A stretch of 64,000 bases of DNA from a virus, in IMG/VR virus record IMGVR_UViG_3300015615_001152, positions 321 to 64,320 of that record. One strand, given 5' to 3'. Positions 38,089-47,265 of the stretch are shown here, piece by piece. The first letter of the stretch is position 1; the number at the start of each line of letters is the position of its first letter. The position numbers were made by a program, and so were the translations under genes. The notes beneath the pieces are model-generated. The model ran no database searches, was not told where the DNA came from, and saw only the letters and a program-made list of their open reading frames with translations.

Positions 38089-38112
38089 AAGGTCACACGA
38101 CAGTGACGACGA

Positions 38113-38571
38113 TTACGGCGCCGAGCGGACAAAAACCACGGCGATGATCCGAGCGCCAGCGACCGGCGTTCCGATAGCCGTGGTCACCTTCAGCGCAATC
38201 GATCGATCAGCCGTCGACGTCTGGACCTTGGTGCAGGCCGGGGTCGTGGCGCGGGTGAGACCAGCGGCCGAAACCGTGGTGGCGCCAATCCATGCTGCGC
38301 CACCGGACGCGGCCGAGGTGTCCAGGTCGGTCTTGCCGGAGTTGAGGATGCCCAGCGACACCGCGCCAGAAGCGCCCAGCGCCTCGTAGCTCAGGAAGCA
38401 ATCGACAGGTTCGCAGTTGGACGGCATCAGGCCCAGCTCGATCGTGTCGTTGAGGGCGTAGGCCTGGCCGGTGGGCAAGGCGTAATCGAACTCCAGCGCC
38501 ACGAGGCCCTGGTCGAGCGGGTACGGCATCGGCTTGCGGCCGGCCGAGTAGTCGGTGAGGATGTTTGCCAT
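38113..38571 (-). CDS. Capsid decoration/cement-like protein
   Basis: Follows the capsid gene; AGGAG RBS; D.IEL..MP beta-sandwich pattern. Confidence 0.6.
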   Translation of the reverse strand: MANILTDYSAGRKPMPYPLDQGLVALEFDYALPTGQAYALNDTIELGLMPSNCEPVDCFLSYEALGASGAVSLGILNSGKTDLDTSAASGGAAWIGATTVSAAGLTRATTPACTKVQTSTADRSIALKVTTAIGTPVAGARIIAVVFVRSAP

Positions 38572-38599
38572 GTCGGGCTCCTAGGAATTGGGGTTGAAA

Positions 38600-38624
38600 T
38601 CCCCCGACGCGAGGCCGGGGGTTC
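38600..38624 (-). terminator. Hairpin right after the capsid stop codon (weak terminator or mRNA stabiliser)
   Basis: CCCCCGGC-CTCGC-GTCGGGGG followed by only ATTT. Confidence 0.45.
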
Positions 38625-38628
38625 GGTC

Positions 38629-39747
38629 TTAGCCCGGGTTGGCGCAGGCCGAGTCGGTGGCGACAACGCCAAAGTCGTACTGCGTACCCTTGACGTTGAA
38701 GTTGGTTTTCTTCACGCCGAAGATGCAGCCCGTGTGGATGATGACCTGGTTGTCACCGTCCGCTTTGCCTTCCCACCAGTTGAAGCGGAAGCCCGCCGAG
38801 CCCTTGCCGAATGCGACGCACAGCGCCTGCGAAGCGAGGAACAAGTTGCGGGCGGCGGCCACGTTTCCGCCAGCACCGTAGTCGCTGAAGCGGATGATGT
38901 TGCGATGCGCGTGCAGAAGGACTCCGTTGTAGAGCCCCAGGCCGCCCTTGAAGATCGGCGTGTTGGCGCCCGCCGAAGTGATCAGCGCCTTCTGGATGTC
39001 CGCCCACTGACCCGTGTTCGCGTTCTGGCGCAGGTCGTATTCGCTCCACGGATGCATCGCCATCACGTAGGTTTCCATGCCGTCGACGTTCACCGGCACC
39101 ATGGAGGGCACACCATCGGTGCCGCCGCCCATCGTGAGCGCCTTCGCCTTCAGTTTGTCGATCGTGGTGAGCGACAGCTTGTCGGTCGAAGCCAGCGAGG
39201 CCTTCGAGGTGGCCGCGCCTGCGTACGACTGGTGCGCCGCGTCCGGGGCCGTGAATGCGTTACCCGCGAAGCCGGTGAAGCCAGTCGACACGATGAAATC
39301 CGTCGTCACGCCGCGGGCACCCGAGGCATAGCAGAAGATGACCTCGTCCACGTAGCGCTGCCACCAGTCGGCGGACTTCACGCGCGCCACGTTGCGCAGA
39401 TCGTGCAGCGTGCGTTGTTGCGACATCCGTCCACCACCGGACACAGGGCAGCGCACCTGGTCGATGTAGATGTTGTCCGTATACATGCTGAGGGCTTCTT
39501 CCTTGCCCTCGGCCTTCGCATCACCGTAGACCGGTTCCTGCTTGAGTTGAGCAGCGAGGTCATACGTGATGTTGTCGCCCGCCGCATTGACGAGGTCGTT
39601 CATGACCATGACGGGCTTGCGGGACTCGAAGCCCGGCGCCATCATCTTGCTGGTCCAGTAAGCCGTCTTAACGACGTCGTGAGCGAGCGCGCCGCTGAAT
39701 CGCTTGACGGCTCGCGGGTCCCCGACGGGGACAATGGTCTCTGACAT
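38629..39747 (-). CDS. Major capsid protein, N4-gp56/DUF4043-like
   Basis: DL...AGD.ITY.L...L...PV.GD...EG.EE.L....D...IDQ.R; ..PIF.G.LG.YNGV.LH; DFGV; AGGAG RBS before ATG 39747. Confidence 0.9.
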   Translation of the reverse strand: MSETIVPVGDPRAVKRFSGALAHDVVKTAYWTSKMMAPGFESRKPVMVMNDLVNAAGDNITYDLAAQLKQEPVYGDAKAEGKEEALSMYTDNIYIDQVRCPVSGGGRMSQQRTLHDLRNVARVKSADWWQRYVDEVIFCYASGARGVTTDFIVSTGFTGFAGNAFTAPDAAHQSYAGAATSKASLASTDKLSLTTIDKLKAKALTMGGGTDGVPSMVPVNVDGMETYVMAMHPWSEYDLRQNANTGQWADIQKALITSAGANTPIFKGGLGLYNGVLLHAHRNIIRFSDYGAGGNVAAARNLFLASQALCVAFGKGSAGFRFNWWEGKADGDNQVIIHTGCIFGVKKTNFNVKGTQYDFGVVATDSACANPG

Positions 39748-39813
39748 AGTAGGTGCTCCTGAAAGTTGAAACTTCCAGCGCACCTACTGCGCGCCAATGT
39801 GATGCCCTGCGCG
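39748..39813 (-). promoter_or_regulatory. Structured capsid mRNA leader occluding the RBS
   Basis: AGTAGGTGC/GCACCTACT perfect 9-bp inverted repeat plus inner TGGAAGTT/AACTTTCA stem enclosing AGGAG. Confidence 0.6.
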
Positions 39814-39820
39814 GGCCGCG

Positions 39821-40021
39821 CTACATCCCCGAGAGTCCTTTCGCGGCGAGAGCCGGTGCACCTGACGGTGCGCGCGGCGCCTCAACGCTCTGCGAGTCAT
39901 CGAAAACGACCTTGAGTCTCGCGCGACGCCCGCTCTTTTGTTCGAGCGTCATGCGGACTTTCCCGCCGTTGACCCCGACGGATTGACCCGGTTCGAGATC
40001 GATGTAGATTGATCTTTGCAT
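39821..40021 (-). CDS. Small CsrA/RsmA-like beta-strand protein
   Basis: MQRSIYIDLEPGQSVGVNGGKVRMTLEQKSGRRARLKVVFDDSQSV aligns by eye with the CsrA strand pattern. Confidence 0.55.
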   Translation of the reverse strand: MQRSIYIDLEPGQSVGVNGGKVRMTLEQKSGRRARLKVVFDDSQSVEAPRAPSGAPALAAKGLSGM

Positions 40022-40025
40022 GCGA

Positions 40026-41039
40026 TTACGCGAAAGACAAGTAACGAGCCATCTGGTCCGGCGTGAGCTTGGCCAGCGCCTTCTCGTGCTCAACACCGGT
40101 GAGCGCATCGAGATACCCAAATTCGCCAGTCACTTGCTCCGGCGCCGCGGCGGGCAGCGAGCCCAGCGTGGTCGGCACTGGGGTAGTGGAGTGACGATCG
40201 GCCGTTGGTTTGGCCGCTGCCGGCGCAGCTGGAGCGGCAGGTGCCGGTGGCGCCGCTGCAACCGGTGCTCCTGCGGCCTTGCGCGGCTGATTCACCATGG
40301 CGCGCGCGACGCGATCGGCTTCGCGCACGACCCACGCATAGCTCTTGCCCTGATTGGCTGGTGACGCCCCCACGGTCTTGAGCGCGGTATCCATGGCGTG
40401 CCAGGCCGGCGAGTCCTTCACGTACAGCACCTTGTTGTCGGGGTCTGCCATGAAGCGCGACAGTGTCTTATCGACGAACTTCGAGGAGATGTCGGCGTTG
40501 GTCTGCTCGGCAGTCTCGGCAGCGCGGATGTCGGCATTGAGGCGCGCAATCTGCGCGTTCACCTTGCCGCTCTCGCGGATGGCGTCGGCCTGCGTCATGT
40601 CGCCAGCGTCGACCTTGACCGCGATCTGCTCAAGCTGTTCCTCGGCCTTCGTGAGCTCGGTCTTGAGTGGCGCGACATCGGCGACGGGCAGATAGATCGG
40701 TTCGTCGTCATCGGTGTCAGCGGCCGACGCCTCGGCAACGGGTGCCGGCGCTTCCGCGGGCGGTGCGGGTGCGGGTTCGCTTGCCGGTGCCGGTGGGGCG
40801 GGCGGCGCAGGCGGCGCCTCTGCTGCAGGCGCGGGAGGAGCATCCGCGGGCGGTTTCGCCGCTGCTGGTGCCGGAGCCGGTGGTGCTGCCGGCGGATCGG
40901 CCGGTGCTGGAGCCGGGGCGGGCTCGGGCGCTGGGGCAGGGGCTGGCGCGGCTTCGCCCGAGCCGAAAGCGTCAAGCTCAGCCATTGCGGCGCGCTCGTC
41001 GGCGCTCAGCAGGGTATCAATGTGTGCATCAGTGGCCAT
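40026..41039 (-). CDS. Scaffolding protein
   Basis: Between portal and capsid; Pro/Ala-rich linker, coiled coil, C-terminal LD.L.G...E.ALAKL. Confidence 0.75.
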   Translation of the reverse strand: MATDAHIDTLLSADERAAMAELDAFGSGEAAPAPAPAPEPAPAPAPADPPAAPPAPAPAAAKPPADAPPAPAAEAPPAPPAPPAPASEPAPAPPAEAPAPVAEASAADTDDDEPIYLPVADVAPLKTELTKAEEQLEQIAVKVDAGDMTQADAIRESGKVNAQIARLNADIRAAETAEQTNADISSKFVDKTLSRFMADPDNKVLYVKDSPAWHAMDTALKTVGASPANQGKSYAWVVREADRVARAMVNQPRKAAGAPVAAAPPAPAAPAAPAAAKPTADRHSTTPVPTTLGSLPAAAPEQVTGEFGYLDALTGVEHEKALAKLTPDQMARYLSFA

Positions 41040-41048
41040 TCGGCTCTC

Positions 41049-43262
41049 CTATCGTGTGGGCAGGTTGAGGCGGTTTGTTTTGACGTAACCGCTCGAGGTG
41101 GGATCTTCTGGTGAATCTGGAACGGCCAGCGGCGGCGCGCCGCCGGGCGTATCGGCAGCGGCTGCGAGTTGCGCGGCGGTCTGACCGACCTGCGGCGCTG
41201 AGTTGAGAACTGCGCCGCCTTCGAGCGCCGTGAACATAGCCATGAGGCGATCCTTCAGCGCGCGGGCATCCATGCCATCCGCTTCGGCCACCAACTTGCG
41301 CAACGCGGCCTGCGCGGTCTGCAGCGCCAGTTCTTCCTGCTGCTCGCGCTTCGCCTGCTGCTTCTCCATCGCCTGCTGCTCTTCGGGCGAGATCTTCTCG
41401 CCGGGGTCGCGCTGGCCGGTGACCTGGCGGATGCGCTTGACGGCTTCCTCGCGATTCGGCATGTCGGACATGTCGACCAGGATGTCGAGCAGATTGCGGA
41501 CGACGTCAGGTGCGTTCGGCGCGATCTGGCCGAGTACTTCGCCAAACGATTCGAACATCGCTTGCCGCATGGAGGCGCGGGCATCACGCTCGGCGATGAT
41601 GTAGTCCGCCTTGCTCGCCGTGATCGGGTCGGACACCTCGCCGGCGTCGTTGGCTTCGGGGTCGTTCACCGTGATGAAGTCGGCGTTGTCGCGGTCACCA
41701 ACCAAGCGCACGACCTTGCGCTCGGTGTAGAACTGTTCGATGTTTGAGAGCTCAAGCTCCCCCGCCAGCTGCGATGCCAGCAGGTGGTTGTCGAAGGGCT
41801 CGGCCGTCACCATGCCGCCCTGCTCGCTCTTCACGAGCAGCGCCTTGCCAGATTGGTTCGTCGGACCGCGGCCCAGGTTTTCCTGCGTCACGCCAGAGGT
41901 ATTGCGCGACATCGTCTCGTGGATCTGTGCGATGCGCAGCGCCTGCGACGCGACCTCGTGATCGGTTTCGACGCGGAACTTGGCCATGCCGCCGGCGGCG
42001 AGCTCGATGATCGCGTCGGGGCGCGCGATCTCCGTCGCCAGGTTCTGCGCCGTTTCTGGCGTCAGGGCGCCAGCTTCGTGCACGACGCGCTTCGTCGACA
42101 GCGCGTGCACCGCCTTGGCGTTCATCTTCGTGAAGATGTCCTGCTCGCCGATCAGGCCGCGCACCACCCCGTAGGGCAGCCCGGTCGAGGCCTTGCGGTA
42201 GCACCACATCGGCACGAACGGGAAACGGTTGTGGCGGTACGGGCTGTCCTGGTCCAGGAGCAGGTCGAAGTCCGTCATGATGGCCACGCGCATGCGCATC
42301 TTCAGGCGGCGCTCGACCGGCCAGCCCTGTTCTTGCTGCAGGTAGAGTAGCGGGCCGTCGGTCTGCATCAGCACGGCGCCGGCGAACGGGCCCTTCGTGA
42401 TGACGTCGCACATCTGGACTTCGCGGTACCAGACCTCGTACAGCTTGACCTGCTTACGCTCGAGCCAGCCGGTACGGATGCCACCCAGCGAGGAGCGATA
42501 GCCGCTGGCCAGCGGGCGGCCATTAATCCGCTCGCCCATGTACCAGATGTCGTCTTCGTCGAACTGGAAGCGGCGGTCGCCGACGTGGTTTGCGGCACGG
42601 TTCAGAACGTCAGCGCGATCCTTGAAGTACTTCTCGGCGATGTCGAGGTCCACGTGCCGCATGCGAATGACGTAGCGGGCGTCCTCCAGGTCGTTCCGGC
42701 GCGACATCGAGTCGTGATACATGTTGCGCCACGACACCGTGCGGTTGAGCAGGCGCTCGCCGTCGTCGAAGTCCGGACGGATGCCGACTTCGGTCCAGCC
42801 AAGGCCAGCCTTGAAACACTCCGACGCCGTGGTCGAACGCTCGAACGGCGAACGATTTGCGTCCGACAGGTACTTCAGCAGCTTCGACTTCTGCTCCGCG
42901 GCTGCGCTGTCTTCCTTGCCGCGCGGCAGCACGGTCTGGTCGAAGCGCATGCGGCGCTCGGTGCCGATCATCCAGTCGACCAGCGGCTTGATGATGTTGA
43001 TGGCGGCGTCCGGCTGGCCCCGTGCTTCGAGGACGGCTTTCTCCTCCTCGGTCAGCTGATCGTGGTCGTAGTACGCCTCGTCGCGCGCCATGAGCAGGCG
43101 ATTCTCGGACTGGAAGTCGCGTTCGAACTGGACGTAGCCGAGCAGGCGCCGCAGCTTGTTGACTGATTCGGACGAGTCGAGTGGGTGCGCCGGCTTCTCC
43201 TCGTCGGCGCTGCCGTAGGTCGGCGATACGCGATCGCCCGCGCGCGCATTCGCGATTCTCAT
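41049..43262 (-). CDS. P22-like portal protein
   Basis: D..YYD..Q...L.ARGQP....N.IKP..DW..G.E; FPFVP...Y......PYG.VR; SG.A. Confidence 0.88.
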   Translation of the reverse strand: MRIANARAGDRVSPTYGSADEEKPAHPLDSSESVNKLRRLLGYVQFERDFQSENRLLMARDEAYYDHDQLTEEEKAVLEARGQPDAAINIIKPLVDWMIGTERRMRFDQTVLPRGKEDSAAAEQKSKLLKYLSDANRSPFERSTTASECFKAGLGWTEVGIRPDFDDGERLLNRTVSWRNMYHDSMSRRNDLEDARYVIRMRHVDLDIAEKYFKDRADVLNRAANHVGDRRFQFDEDDIWYMGERINGRPLASGYRSSLGGIRTGWLERKQVKLYEVWYREVQMCDVITKGPFAGAVLMQTDGPLLYLQQEQGWPVERRLKMRMRVAIMTDFDLLLDQDSPYRHNRFPFVPMWCYRKASTGLPYGVVRGLIGEQDIFTKMNAKAVHALSTKRVVHEAGALTPETAQNLATEIARPDAIIELAAGGMAKFRVETDHEVASQALRIAQIHETMSRNTSGVTQENLGRGPTNQSGKALLVKSEQGGMVTAEPFDNHLLASQLAGELELSNIEQFYTERKVVRLVGDRDNADFITVNDPEANDAGEVSDPITASKADYIIAERDARASMRQAMFESFGEVLGQIAPNAPDVVRNLLDILVDMSDMPNREEAVKRIRQVTGQRDPGEKISPEEQQAMEKQQAKREQQEELALQTAQAALRKLVAEADGMDARALKDRLMAMFTALEGGAVLNSAPQVGQTAAQLAAAADTPGGAPPLAVPDSPEDPTSSGYVKTNRLNLPTR

Positions 43263-43756
43263 CCGCGGAGCTCGCCTTCGTGGAGGATCTTGCCGCTGCC
43301 GTTGTCACGGACCAGCACCTCCGCCAGCTTGACCTCCTCGGCCAGGGTGTCGGTGTAGCCGTCCGGCCGGGGCTTCATCTTGAGTAGGTCTTCGAGGTGC
43401 TCGGCGATCACGTCGACGATGTTGTGCACGGCGCTTTTCGCCTTGCCCTCGTCGCCGAACCGCATGTGGCCGACCTCACGCATCGCAGTCTGCACGGCAA
43501 ACGGCACGTTGACATTGCCGCTGTCGTCGACGTACTTGTAGAGCGACGACAGACAGATCGCGAAGACACGGTGGCCGCTGCCGAGGCGATTGGACTCGCC
43601 GCGCGAACCAGATGCGCGCCACATGCAGAGCGCGGGCTCGTCGTTGATGTACTGCAGCGCCCAGGCAATGCTGCCCTTTATGCCGGTGGCGCGAGCACCA
43701 CGACCGCCGACCATGTACATCGGGCGACCCGCGGTTCCGAGAATTTGGCCGCTCAC
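43259..43756 (-). CDS. Hypothetical phage protein
   Basis: GTG start overlapping the upstream stop; EPAL...DL..M.P.P pattern; ATGA overlap with the portal gene. Confidence 0.6.
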   Translation of the reverse strand: MSGQILGTAGRPMYMVGGRGARATGIKGSIAWALQYINDEPALCMWRASGSRGESNRLGSGHRVFAICLSSLYKYVDDSGNVNVPFAVQTAMREVGHMRFGDEGKAKSAVHNIVDVIAEHLEDLLKMKPRPDGYTDTLAEEVKLAEVLVRDNGSGKILHEGELRG

Positions 43757-43899
43757 AGCGCACCTCGCACGGCGGCGACGATGGGCTTGATGGCGTTTGC
43801 TGACGGAGCCGGAATCAGCTGACGCCGACGCGCAGCAGTCACTCGCTTTGCGCAAAGCACTCGGCGGAGAAGCGCGGTCCGGGTCTCAGTCTCGCTCAT
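43753..43899 (-). CDS. Small basic hypothetical protein
   Basis: 48 aa, 4-nt overlaps at both ends. Confidence 0.45.
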   Translation of the reverse strand: MSETETRTALLRRVLCAKRVTAARRRQLIPAPSANAIKPIVAAVRGAL

Positions 43900-44666
43900 A
43901 GCATCTTCCAGTTTCCCCGCGGCTGCCGCGTGGTTGATTTGTTCGGCGCGAGTGAAGCAAAGCGGCGGGAAATCCACAAGTAACGAGTGGCGTCCATCAG
44001 GTGATCACGCTCCTTGACGATCTTGCCGTCCTTGCGGTGGTACAGGTTCTTCTCGTCAAACCAGTTCGACAGGTGCGAAAAGACCTTGAGGCGGCCTTCC
44101 ATCATGGCGTCGTACAGCGACTTGATGCCCCCCTCGACCGAGGTCAGCGCCGACTTCGTTTCTTCGCCAATGCCCTCTTCGGCGTGCTGGGCGTGCTCGG
44201 GCAGCATGTTCAGCCCCTTCTCGCGCATCGCCGTTGCGTACGGCGTGCCGCTGCCGCGATCGGCGCCTTTGCCGTCATGCGGCCAGGCGCACGGGATCCA
44301 CGCGCCGCGCGAGCGCACGATGTCAGCGTGCTGCCCCGTGGTGTAGACCGTCTGGCCGTCGCCCTTCCAGGCGTCGTAGATCACCACCGAGTCGTTGTCG
44401 CGGTCCCAAGCCCCCCAGACGGTGGCCGGGTTCTTGGTGCCAAAGTCGATGGCGGCGATGCGCGGCCAGATCGCGGGGATCACGAATGGCGCAATCGACA
44501 GCGCGTCATCGAGCACCGGATAGATCGCGCCGGAGCCCAGCTTCGGAATGCCCTTGGTGCGCACGTCGCGTTCGTGCAGCGGATAGCTGGCCAGCAGCGC
44601 ATCCTTGGTGGCCTGCTCGATGTGCGGGACGTCATCCCAGCCCGCCATGACGTAGGCCTTAGGCAA
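43896..44666 (-). CDS. terL: Terminase large subunit, C-terminal part (ATPase lid + RNase H-like nuclease)
   Basis: AGWDDVPH...ER..R.KG.P..GSG; IDFG; AWPHDG; DHLMDATRY. Confidence 0.85.
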   Translation of the reverse strand: MPKAYVMAGWDDVPHIEQATKDALLASYPLHERDVRTKGIPKLGSGAIYPVLDDALSIAPFVIPAIWPRIAAIDFGTKNPATVWGAWDRDNDSVVIYDAWKGDGQTVYTTGQHADIVRSRGAWIPCAWPHDGKGADRGSGTPYATAMREKGLNMLPEHAQHAEEGIGEETKSALTSVEGGIKSLYDAMMEGRLKVFSHLSNWFDEKNLYHRKDGKIVKERDHLMDATRYLWISRRFASLAPNKSTTRQPRGNWKML

Positions 44667-45375
44667 GCTTCACCCCGTCGGTCAGGAACTGGTGAACGAG
44701 CTCGGTGACGCCGTCGAGCGCCGTGAACGTCAGCACGATGCGGCCGTTCGTGGTGGCGGTGCGTGTCAGGCATTCGGTGTAGATCTCGGCCGGCATCTCC
44801 TCGTCGCCCCAGACCCAGTCCTGTTCGGTGCCTTCGAAGGCGCGGCGGCCCTGCTCGAAGGCCTTGAAGGCGATGCGGCCCCACTGGCCAAGGCGTTCGT
44901 TCTTGACGTGCACGTAGTCGAGTGCGCCGTTCGTGTTCGGCCGCGTGCGGACGTCCCCGATGAGATGGCGCGGGATCATGCCGCTGCCGAACGCATCGGT
45001 CGGCCCGAACAGCACGACCTGCACAATGTCGCGCGTCGTTTCGGTGGTCTTGCCAGCGCACCAGCCGCGCATTGAGCGCTCGAGCCGCCAGCCCGGCCAC
45101 CAGGACGGATACAGGCCGGTCGCGTGCAGTGCCGTCTCGTAGCCACCGCACACGCTCTTGCCGATCCGGTTCGCCGCGATGAAGCCGCGCTCGTTGAACT
45201 TGGCCCCCGCCTCGAAGAACGCCATGTGCTTCGGGTACAGCTCTCGGCCGTAGATCTTGTTCGCCAGGTCGCTGACTTCGGGAAACCATTTGCCGATTGG
45301 CTTCGCGAGCGCTCGGCGATTGATCTCCTCCTGAATCGCGATCAGTTCTATCGTTTCGTTGCGCGAAAGCTCCAT
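44659..45375 (-). CDS. terL: Terminase large subunit, N-terminal ATPase part (P22-like)
   Basis: Walker A AANRIGKS, Walker B WGDEE, coupling motif TFT; ends with TAA at 44659; start 45375 or 45384. Confidence 0.85.
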   Translation of the reverse strand: MELSRNETIELIAIQEEINRRALAKPIGKWFPEVSDLANKIYGRELYPKHMAFFEAGAKFNERGFIAANRIGKSVCGGYETALHATGLYPSWWPGWRLERSMRGWCAGKTTETTRDIVQVVLFGPTDAFGSGMIPRHLIGDVRTRPNTNGALDYVHVKNERLGQWGRIAFKAFEQGRRAFEGTEQDWVWGDEEMPAEIYTECLTRTATTNGRIVLTFTALDGVTELVHQFLTDGVKLA

Positions 45376-45393
45376 TCCCGGCAATCTTTCGCG

Positions 45394-45930
45394 TCAGGCT
45401 TCGGTGTTTTTCCGCGTTTCGCCAGTCACCGGTACCGTGAATCCGCTGTTCTTGAGCAGCATGTTGCGCCGCGCGATCAGATCCTCGTCGCTGACATTCT
45501 CGAAACTGTGCGTGTTGTCGACCTGCACGCGGTCGCCGTACTTCTTGGGCTTCGTCTTGCCCATGAGCCATTTCCGCGTCTCGATCTGCAGCTTCTTGGC
45601 GTTGACGCCAGCAGCACCTTTGCCTACTGCCTCGTCCGACAGGTCCTTGATTTCCTCGGCAAAGGTCTCGACCCGCTCATCACACGCGCGCGCGTACTGC
45701 TTCGCGAAACTTTCGTGCGCGTCAAGCCACTTGAAAATCGTGGACATTCCCGGAAGATTCTGAGCGGCTTGGTGCTCGCGAAGCACCTTGCGGAGCGAGT
45801 CGCCGTTGGCGATCTTCTCGCAGATGAAATCGACCGCCTCCTGGTTGAATTCCATGGGGGGGCGGCCGGTTTTCGCGGGAGGTGCTTTCTCTCGCCTTGC
45901 GGTGGGCTTTTTGGGTTTCGCTGCTGCCAT
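45394..45930 (-). CDS. terS: Terminase small subunit (Sf6-like)
   Basis: GRP......ICE.IA.G.SLR.V......P..STI.KW....F..QYARA; ETRKW...K..PKKYGD. Confidence 0.85.
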   Translation of the reverse strand: MAAAKPKKPTARREKAPPAKTGRPPMEFNQEAVDFICEKIANGDSLRKVLREHQAAQNLPGMSTIFKWLDAHESFAKQYARACDERVETFAEEIKDLSDEAVGKGAAGVNAKKLQIETRKWLMGKTKPKKYGDRVQVDNTHSFENVSDEDLIARRNMLLKNSGFTVPVTGETRKNTEA

Positions 45931-45937
45931 GTCTGCG

Positions 45938-46672
45938 TCAGGCCGAACGGCCGCTCACGATGGCCGCGAGGTCGGTGTCGAATCGGCCGCGGTCGAACGC
46001 TTCGCGCGCCGCGCTCCACTCGTCAGCCAAACAGGCGTAAGCCTCGTCGCAGTAGGTTTCGAGGAAGTCCCAGCTGGCGCGGATGCGACGGCCCCACGTC
46101 ACCAGGATGGCGTGCGTCGGCGTGTAGCCAACCATCAGCACGGCGTGGCCGCCGGCGCTGTAGGGCTTGTTGTCGCGGGTCGCGGTGTTGCGCGGCCGCT
46201 CCCAGTCGATTGCGGTGGTCGCGAACTTCGGGAGCGCGATGCCCAGGTGCAGGCCACCGAACAGCCAGCAGGCCTGACGCAGCAGTGGCAGCGCGTCGTC
46301 ATCGATCGTGGCGAAGGCCTTGATGCGGTGCCCAGTGCTGAGTCCGGACTTCCGCCACTTCCGGAGGATGGCGAGCATGTCGCTGCCGTTGTCCGTCGCC
46401 GGCGTGCCGTCGTACCCGGTGAAGGCGCGATAGGTGCGCAAGATGTCGGCGGCCCGTGGCCGCGCAACCTCGCCACCGCTGGCTTTCTGCCAGGTCTGCA
46501 CGGCCTGGTGAGCAGCGACGCAGGTGCAGTTGCCGAGGCTGTCGTTGCCGAGCATCGAGTAGCGGCGGTCGGCCCACAGCACGGCCTCCGGCGCCTTGCC
46601 GAGGTCGCCGAGGTAATCCGACACCCGCAGCGTGCGGGCATCAATCTTGGGTGGGGCTTTTCCGAGCTTCAT
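45938..46672 (-). CDS. Papain-like (C1) cysteine peptidase
   Basis: MLGNDSLGNCT (Cys), GGHAVLMVGY (His), VTWG. Confidence 0.7.
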   Translation of the reverse strand: MKLGKAPPKIDARTLRVSDYLGDLGKAPEAVLWADRRYSMLGNDSLGNCTCVAAHQAVQTWQKASGGEVARPRAADILRTYRAFTGYDGTPATDNGSDMLAILRKWRKSGLSTGHRIKAFATIDDDALPLLRQACWLFGGLHLGIALPKFATTAIDWERPRNTATRDNKPYSAGGHAVLMVGYTPTHAILVTWGRRIRASWDFLETYCDEAYACLADEWSAAREAFDRGRFDTDLAAIVSGRSA

Positions 46673-46811
46673 CGTTTCGAAACCAGCGGCTGGGTGGGTG
46701 TGCGCCATCGAGCTCGGCGCGGCGGCGCGCGGCTTCGAGCAGCGCGAACTCAAACGGGTTACCGTGGATCGCGGGGTCGTAGTCCACCCATTTGCGGGGT
46801 TTGGCGGGCAT
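46641..46811 (-). CDS. Small hypothetical protein
   Basis: Manual translation MPAKPRKWVDYDPAIHGNPFEF..., 56 aa, TGATG coupling; below the ORF-track cutoff. Confidence 0.4.
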   Translation of the reverse strand: MPAKPRKWVDYDPAIHGNPFEFALLEAARRRAELDGAHPPSRWFRNDEARKSPTQD

Positions 46812-47029
46812 CAGACACCAGGCTTGAAGTTCTCAATGCGCTCGCCGAGGATTCGGCTGTAGGCGCGCATGGCGCCACGTTGCTCAATGAGGCGGTGCTG
46901 TTCGACTTGGTCGACCAGAACGAACGCCGGGCCGTCGATGAACTCGGTCAGCTTGGCGATGCGGTCATCGAGCTCCGCCTTCTCGGACACAACGCGCAGT
47001 TGAAACGGCGCTAGGGTGGACTCGCTCAT
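46811..47029 (-). CDS. crAss001_48-like small coiled-coil protein
   Basis: Q.RV..EK.EL..RI.KL..FI....F......Q..L..Q..AM..Y..IL.ERI..F. Confidence 0.65.
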   Translation of the reverse strand: MSESTLAPFQLRVVSEKAELDDRIAKLTEFIDGPAFVLVDQVEQHRLIEQRGAMRAYSRILGERIENFKPGV

Positions 47030-47265
47030 CGGTCAGCCTTTTCGTCGATCTTGTCGTACATGCGCTGGAAGCCGTCATCGATCTTGCGCTCGAGGCTCTC
47101 GAACTCCGTGCGCTTGGCGTAGTTCTCGGAGACGTGCAGCCGGTGCGCGGCGATGGCGGTCTGAAGCTCCTTCAGGTCAGCCACCATGCCGCGGACGTAC
47201 CAGGACAGGCCAGCGATCGCGAGACCACCCAGTGCCATGAAGGCTTCCTTCCACTCCACGTGCAC
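47026..47265 (-). CDS. Small membrane-anchored coiled-coil protein
   Basis: N-terminal TM, then .E.Y.K..EF.......I...F..M..KID.K. Confidence 0.65.
   Translation of the reverse strand: MHVEWKEAFMALGGLAIAGLSWYVRGMVADLKELQTAIAAHRLHVSENYAKRTEFESLERKIDDGFQRMYDKIDEKADR

Noticed and set aside
40730..40960. Pro/Ala low-complexity repeats
   Set aside because: Ordinary disordered linker of the scaffolding protein.
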